Origin: a virus
Length of the DNA: 64,000 nt
Direction: 5' to 3' (one strand)
IMG/VR virus record: IMGVR_UViG_3300023239_000322
Span: 1 to 64,000 of that record
The notes under the pieces were generated by a model, which was given only the letters and a program-made list of their open reading frames with translations, did not search any database and was not told the origin of the DNA. A program made the translations under genes and the position numbers. This document shows, piece after piece, positions 59,018 through 64,000 of this stretch (the first letter of the stretch is position 1; each line of letters begins with the position of its first letter).

Positions 59018-59548
59018 ATGGCAACTTCATTGAAAGCAGTACTAGAAAACACAAAAGACATTTATATGAGCAATAGCAGTTTGGATGCACTGCTTGACTA
59101 CGAACGTGTATTAGATGAGCTTGACTTATATGCTTTTAAAAACTGGAAAAAAGGCGAGCTAGTTAGCGGACCTACATTTGAAAAGTACTACGTAAGTGCT
59201 GTGTTTATGTGGCCCAATAAAGCAATGCCAGACCCTAGAGGTGCAGAGCGTTTACTACAATATGACTGTGAAGTAAAATATACCAAGGATACATTAGAGT
59301 ATCCCATAAAAGTTGAAAGCCCAGATGATTTTAAAGCAGGCACAAAGGTTCCCAAACTTGCTAAGATGCCAGTTTGGTTGGTTGAAATCACTTTGCCAAA
59401 AAGTTTAATGCGTGACATTGAACGTGGCGCATTAGAACTTGAGAACGAGACCATCGACTTAGAAGACATCGAGCAGGCATACGAAGAAGGGTTTGATGAA
59501 TCCCAGTTTAAAACAGATCAAGGTGAAATAAATGCAGAAGAAATTTAA
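59018..59548 (+). CDS. Hypothetical late protein
   Basis: TAAATA upstream; long ORF. Confidence 0.6.
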   Translation: MATSLKAVLENTKDIYMSNSSLDALLDYERVLDELDLYAFKNWKKGELVSGPTFEKYYVSAVFMWPNKAMPDPRGAERLLQYDCEVKYTKDTLEYPIKVESPDDFKAGTKVPKLAKMPVWLVEITLPKSLMRDIERGALELENETIDLEDIEQAYEEGFDESQFKTDQGEINAEEI

Positions 59549-60101
59549 CGAAGGGTTAGAGTATGGCGATCTAAAAAGATCTGTTATCCCTGAAATAACC
59601 ATCGATACATTTAAAAGTAAAATGGGCGATGATAAAGATATCTGCACAATTGCGTTATTATGTAAAGAAAAGAATCCTGCAATAGACTTGATGGCGTTCC
59701 TGGAAAAAAGTTATGATTGGTTATTAGATGCTGAAGTTAGTGCAGGAGAGCGTGACGACGGCAAGTATCTGGTATTCATTGAGGCAGACAGGAATAAAGA
59801 ATTACCTACTCATATTCACCAGATGCTGGAAGACTTGCTCAACTTAACAGAAGATAAAATAGAAGACTGGAAGTTTAGGTATTACAGAAGCAAAGTCTAT
59901 CATGATGTCACAGTAGAAAATTTAGCAAGGGAGATACCATTGACTCCAAGAGAATACAGTAAAGAACACCCTAGTAAAAAAGATATAAAGCGTAAGTCAG
60001 AATTAAAACAACTTCAGGCTGTCGCCAATGTGCCTATTAAGGCAGAACGAACCGAAGACAAGGATCTACAGGCACTACAGAGTGCCGCAGGAATAATTTA
60101 A
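59532..60101 (+). CDS. Hypothetical late protein
   Basis: Coupled ORF. Confidence 0.6.
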   Translation: MQKKFNEGLEYGDLKRSVIPEITIDTFKSKMGDDKDICTIALLCKEKNPAIDLMAFLEKSYDWLLDAEVSAGERDDGKYLVFIEADRNKELPTHIHQMLEDLLNLTEDKIEDWKFRYYRSKVYHDVTVENLAREIPLTPREYSKEHPSKKDIKRKSELKQLQAVANVPIKAERTEDKDLQALQSAAGII

Positions 60102-60117
60102 TCAACCAGGAGCACAA

Positions 60118-60582
60118 ATGAAACTATCAAAGAATTTTTCACTTCAAGAATTTACAAAATCACAAACAGCATTAAGACAAGGTATTGACAACACACCACA
60201 AGGTAAGCACTTAGACGCTGCCAAGTTACTATTTGAAAACGTAGTACAAAAAGTTAGAGATAAATTTGGTATTACAGTTATCAACAGTGGCTACCGTGGA
60301 CCTAAGCTGAACGAAGCAGTTGGTGGTTCGAGCAGTTCACAACACTGCAAAGGTGAAGCCGCTGACATTGAGTGTCCTGGTGTCCCAAATGCAGAAGTTG
60401 CACAATGGATTGTTGACAACTGTGCCTTTGACCAAGTTATCTTGGAGTTTTACACACCAGGCATTCCTGACTCAGGTTGGGTACATGTAAGTTACAACTT
60501 TGATGGCGCACAGCGTAAAAGCATTCTCACAGCACTAAAAGAAAACGGCAAAACTGTGTACAAGCAAGGACTAATAAAATGA
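60118..60582 (+). CDS. Peptidase M15A endolysin
   Basis: LSKNFSL.EF, SGYR, SQHCKGEAAD, WVHVS. Confidence 0.9.
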   Translation: MKLSKNFSLQEFTKSQTALRQGIDNTPQGKHLDAAKLLFENVVQKVRDKFGITVINSGYRGPKLNEAVGGSSSSQHCKGEAADIECPGVPNAEVAQWIVDNCAFDQVILEFYTPGIPDSGWVHVSYNFDGAQRKSILTALKENGKTVYKQGLIK

Positions 60583-60998
60583 GATTAATCACCGCTTTAT
60601 TTGCTGTTTTAATACTTAACGGATGTGCATCGTACGATGCCGCCACAATGGCAAGGTTTGATAATAACGAATACCTACTTGCAGGTAAAGTTAGTGCCAC
60701 AGCAGAAATTGCAAAAAGTTATTGTGGTGATCCAGGCATTGCAGGATCTTATGCAACTACTATCTGGGTTGCGGCAAGAGAATTGCAGTTGTATAGTTTT
60801 AACAGAAACGAAAACAAAGACGTAATAGAACTAACTGGTGCTCTGTATGAAATTGCAGAAGGATTAGGGAAAAAGTACATGGAGCACGAAACAGCAGGCG
60901 CAGCCGCTCCTAGTGCAGACTATTGCAAACTTAAAATGAAATCATTAAGCGCCAGCGCCGCTAAGGTACAGGAAGCTATAGGAGATAAAGAACTATGA
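60579..60998 (+). CDS. Lipoprotein
   Basis: Lipobox LNGC. Confidence 0.65.
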   Translation: MRLITALFAVLILNGCASYDAATMARFDNNEYLLAGKVSATAEIAKSYCGDPGIAGSYATTIWVAARELQLYSFNRNENKDVIELTGALYEIAEGLGKKYMEHETAGAAAPSADYCKLKMKSLSASAAKVQEAIGDKEL

Positions 60999-61255
60999 CA
61001 TTAACTGAAATGTATGAAGTTGTAAAGAACATTAAAGCAGGTGACGATGCTATGCTCAAGGAAGTTGCTGGTAAGGTTGATGAACTCACTCACCTATTAG
61101 AAGCAAAGGACATCTCAGAATCTGAGTACAAAGAACTAATGGCTGACGTAGAACGTGAGCAGTTTATAGATGCAGAATGCAAGGATTTAGAAGGAAAAGC
61201 CGCAATAGCACAAGTCTTTAACTGGGCCAAAACAGCGGCATCATTTTTACTTTAG
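60995..61255 (+). CDS. Hypothetical protein
   Basis: Coupled ORF. Confidence 0.55.
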   Translation: MTLTEMYEVVKNIKAGDDAMLKEVAGKVDELTHLLEAKDISESEYKELMADVEREQFIDAECKDLEGKAAIAQVFNWAKTAASFLL

Positions 61256-61265
61256 AGGAACGACA

Positions 61266-61598
61266 TTGTCAGAGGGAACAGAGGGTAACACCGTAAGTAG
61301 GAAGATTAATATTGAAGTGGAGATAGACCCTATAGTTAATAGGGAAAGTCAAGTAAATCCATTTCAGAAATGGATATATTTAGCAAAAGCAGTTGATAGC
61401 TGGCGTATATTTCCAAGACTATTCTTAACCATTTACATTGTGCTACTGTACAGAACAGTAAATTGGTTTATGGGACTACCTGCACCCTCCATGGAACAAT
61501 CAGGATTAATCTCAGTTGTAGTAGGTGCAGGTGCGGCATGGTTTGGTTTGTATGCAGGTACAAGCAAACAGAGTTCATCATTTAAAGGAGACAAATAA
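61266..61598 (+). CDS. Two-TM membrane protein, holin-like
   Basis: DSWRIFPR plus two TM segments; lysis context. Confidence 0.5.
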   Translation: MSEGTEGNTVSRKINIEVEIDPIVNRESQVNPFQKWIYLAKAVDSWRIFPRLFLTIYIVLLYRTVNWFMGLPAPSMEQSGLISVVVGAGAAWFGLYAGTSKQSSSFKGDK

Positions 61599-61784
61599 AT
61601 GGCAGGACGTAAGGACATTGTATATCTAATACCAGAAGGTGAAACTCGAGATAGTCACACGTATCACTACACTTTACAAAAGACTAAGAATATAAAAAGT
61701 CAAAAAGTAAAGTTTCGTAAGTATAACCCAGTAAAACGTGTACACGAAATGTTTGTAGAAGCAAAAGCACCAGGGCATAATTAA
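61599..61784 (+). CDS. rpmG: Ribosomal protein bL33-like
   Basis: Y.YT..K.K....K..FRKYNPVKRVH..FVE.K. Confidence 0.7.
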   Translation: MAGRKDIVYLIPEGETRDSHTYHYTLQKTKNIKSQKVKFRKYNPVKRVHEMFVEAKAPGHN

Positions 61785-61792
61785 GGAAAAAA

Positions 61793-62056
61793 ATGGCTAC
61801 TATAGCAAAAAACGACTGGATGAAAAACAGGTGGCGACCGGCGATGGGCTGGACGTACATGACAGTGTGTATATTTGATTTTATTGTTGGTCCGATACTA
61901 TGGACACTTGCACAACAAGACGGGGGAGCAGTAGCACAACAATGGGCTCCACTAACTTTACAAGGTGCTGGATTCTTCCACATTGCAATGGGCGCAGTAC
62001 TTGGTATTTCAGCATTTGGTCGCACAATGGAAAAGCGTGACAGTAAAGCAGGTTAA
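61793..62056 (+). CDS. Holin (3TM/GTA-holin-like)
   Basis: WRPAMGW..TM..G..A.GRT.EK. Confidence 0.65.
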   Translation: MATIAKNDWMKNRWRPAMGWTYMTVCIFDFIVGPILWTLAQQDGGAVAQQWAPLTLQGAGFFHIAMGAVLGISAFGRTMEKRDSKAG

Positions 62057-62085
62057 TTGACAATCTGCTTTATACATAGTATAAT
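62057..62085 (+). promoter_or_regulatory. Sigma70 promoter
   Basis: TTGACA-17-TATAAT; ATG at 62092 is 6 nt downstream. Confidence 0.75.
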
Positions 62086-62091
62086 ATGTCT

Positions 62092-62937
62092 ATGGATTAC
62101 TATAAGTCACTGGGCGTAGAACGTTCTGCCAGCGCAGACGAAATCAAAAAAGCATACCGCAAACAAGCAATGAAACACCACCCAGATAGGGGTGGTGACG
62201 AAGCTCAGTTCAGACAACTTCAGGAAGCATACGACGTACTTGGTACGCCAAACAAACGAGCAATGTATGATGCTGGTGGGCACCGTAATCGTCAAAACTT
62301 TGACCCGAATGCATTCAATAATAGATTTGACCAAGGTGGGGTCGGAGATTTATTTGACTTCTTTGGTCGTAGACAACAACCACAGCAACCACAGCAACGT
62401 CGTAACAGAGATATGAAAATCACTGTGGAGATACCGTTACCTGATCTTACTGAATCACAAACTAAAACTATAAGAGTACAAACCAGTAAGGGCGCAGATA
62501 CAGAGGTTGAGATACAAATACCTGCTGGAATACAAAACAATATGCGTATAAGGTATCCAGGGTTAGGTGATAACTTTTTTGACACCATTCCTAGAGGAGA
62601 CTTGTATGTCTACATCAGACACCAAAATACTAAAAACTTGGTTAAAGTTACAGAAGTAGATGTTATGACCAGAGTCTATTGTGATTTGGCTACAGCAATA
62701 AAAGGTGGCAAAGTTCAGGTTGCAGGATTAGATGGGCCTATGTATAATGTAACTATACCTGCTGGAACACAAAGTAAGACTAAATTTAATATCAGTAATA
62801 AAGGGTTATGGCAAGATACAAATTGTAATATTAGGGGAAGCCTTATAGCTGAATTAAATATTACTATACCAAATATTAACGACAAACCTGAAATAGAAAA
62901 ATTAAAAAAGGCTTTAAATGTTAGCACACAATCCTGA
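62092..62937 (+). CDS. dnaJ: DnaJ/CbpA-like co-chaperone without zinc finger
   Basis: DYY..LG, HHPDRGG J-domain, GDLYV, IPAGTQ. Confidence 0.9.
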   Translation: MDYYKSLGVERSASADEIKKAYRKQAMKHHPDRGGDEAQFRQLQEAYDVLGTPNKRAMYDAGGHRNRQNFDPNAFNNRFDQGGVGDLFDFFGRRQQPQQPQQRRNRDMKITVEIPLPDLTESQTKTIRVQTSKGADTEVEIQIPAGIQNNMRIRYPGLGDNFFDTIPRGDLYVYIRHQNTKNLVKVTEVDVMTRVYCDLATAIKGGKVQVAGLDGPMYNVTIPAGTQSKTKFNISNKGLWQDTNCNIRGSLIAELNITIPNINDKPEIEKLKKALNVSTQS

Positions 62938-64000
62938 GATAGACACAATTATTGCTAAAGCAACAGATTATGCCAAGGAACTAAAACATGAATATGTTAT
63001 AGCGGAACATCTGTTGCTGGCGCTTATTACTTACGAAAATTTTTCGATAATGTTAAAAAAGTTTGGTGCGGATTATGATAATCTGTCAGCGGATTTACGA
63101 CTTTACCTTGAGGGCAGAAAAGAAATTGTTAGGGAAGGTGAAATTCTTCCTAAGAAGACCTATGCGTTAGAACGTATCTTCAATAGAGCATTTACACAGG
63201 TAATGTTCAGTGGTAGAGCGCATATGCAAACCATTGACTTATTTGTAAGCATATTGCAAGAATCTAACAGTCATGCCGCATATTTCCTATTGAAGTACGG
63301 AATTAATACGCAGAGCTTGGTAACGTTCTTTAATAAAAACTACACAGACAAAATAGGAAAAAGCAAACACCACCAACATGCAGATGCAGTCTTAGATGAC
63401 TATTGTACAAATTTATCTGACTTGGCAACAAAAGAAAAAATAGATCCAGTTATCGGACGAGAATCAGAACTAGACGAGATATTTAATGTACTTGCTAAAA
63501 AGAATAAGTCAAATATCTTAATGGTAGGTGATCCTGGTGTTGGTAAGACTGCTATTGCAGAAGGATTAGCTCTAAAAATAAGTCAAGGAAATGCACCTGA
63601 ATACCTACTACCGTATACCGTATATAATTTAGAAATTGGTAGTTTGCTCGCAGGATCAAAGTACAGAGGAGAATTTGAGGATAAAGTTAAAGAAGTATTA
63701 GAAGCACTTAAGGAAAAAGGCAACTGTGTCCTGTTTATTGATGAAGCACATCAAATGCACGGTGCGGGAGCAGGTAGCAGTAGCGGAGTAACCTTCGCAG
63801 AAATGTTTAAACCAGCTCTAGCAAAAGGTGACCTTAAGGTTATCGCATCAACTACCTGGGAAGAGTATACGCAGAGTTTTGAAAAAGATCGTGCATTGAT
63901 GCGTAGGTTCCATAGACTAACAATTGAGGAGCCAAGTCCTGAGGTAGCAAAGGACATCCTATATGGATTAAGGGAAGGATTTGAAAAGTTTCACAAAGGA
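62918..64000 (+). CDS. clpA: ClpA-like AAA+ chaperone, 3'-truncated by the window edge (absent from the ORF track)
   Basis: Translated by hand: HEYVIAEHLLLAL, DPVIGRESE, VGDPGVGKTAIAEGLA, AGSKYRGEFE, LFIDEAH. Confidence 0.9.
   Translation, partial: MLAHNPEIDTIIAKATDYAKELKHEYVIAEHLLLALITYENFSIMLKKFGADYDNLSADLRLYLEGRKEIVREGEILPKKTYALERIFNRAFTQVMFSGRAHMQTIDLFVSILQESNSHAAYFLLKYGINTQSLVTFFNKNYTDKIGKSKHHQHADAVLDDYCTNLSDLATKEKIDPVIGRESELDEIFNVLAKKNKSNILMVGDPGVGKTAIAEGLALKISQGNAPEYLLPYTVYNLEIGSLLAGSKYRGEFEDKVKEVLEALKEKGNCVLFIDEAHQMHGAGAGSSSGVTFAEMFKPALAKGDLKVIASTTWEEYTQSFEKDRALMRRFHRLTIEEPSPEVAKDILYGLREGFEKFHKG

Noticed and set aside
60579-61255. Spanin pair
   Set aside because: A lipoprotein is present but no adjacent N-terminal-TM i-spanin is evident, so it is left as a generic lipoprotein
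236-63957. Numerous short opposite-strand or nested ORFs in the track (e.g. 236-658, 4569-5024, 21051-21674, 43154-43507, 63751-63957)
   Set aside because: They are shadows of well-supported genes and have no motifs or expression signals

Overview
This 64 kb window comes from a large, AT-rich, T4-related myovirus-like bacteriophage. The host is probably an aquatic proteobacterium, inferred from the PstS, FdxA, ErpA and ClpA types and the Pho-box-like sites. Contents: candidate head-internal proteins built from shuffled modules; a terminase large subunit gene fractured into two ORFs by an atypically split intein with a free-standing HNH-like endonuclease between the halves; gp32-like SSB, RecA/UvsX, UvsY, a clamp loader and a DnaE fragment; baseplate/tail proteins; and a lysis cassette. 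It also carries a large tailoring-enzyme set (5 radical SAM enzymes, 4 2OG-Fe(II) oxygenases, several sulfotransferase-like proteins, NDP-sugar enzymes, glycosyltransferases, a diiron ferritin-like protein, a glutamine amidotransferase) and host-like genes (pstS, porin, phoH, prs, infA, rpmG, erpA, fdxA x2, groES, dnaJ, clpA). The most unusual item is the split-intein terL locus: the intein ends in His-Gln, sits at Walker B, and its N-half carries a synonymously recoded copy of the C-extein sequence DEFAFV. Other oddities are a ferredoxin with an in-frame TAG-CTA insertion, widespread apparently leaderless genes, and a T4-style RBS-sequestering hairpin around a late promoter. No tRNA, rRNA or CRISPR array was recognised. 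All calls come from reading motifs by eye; no database searches were run.
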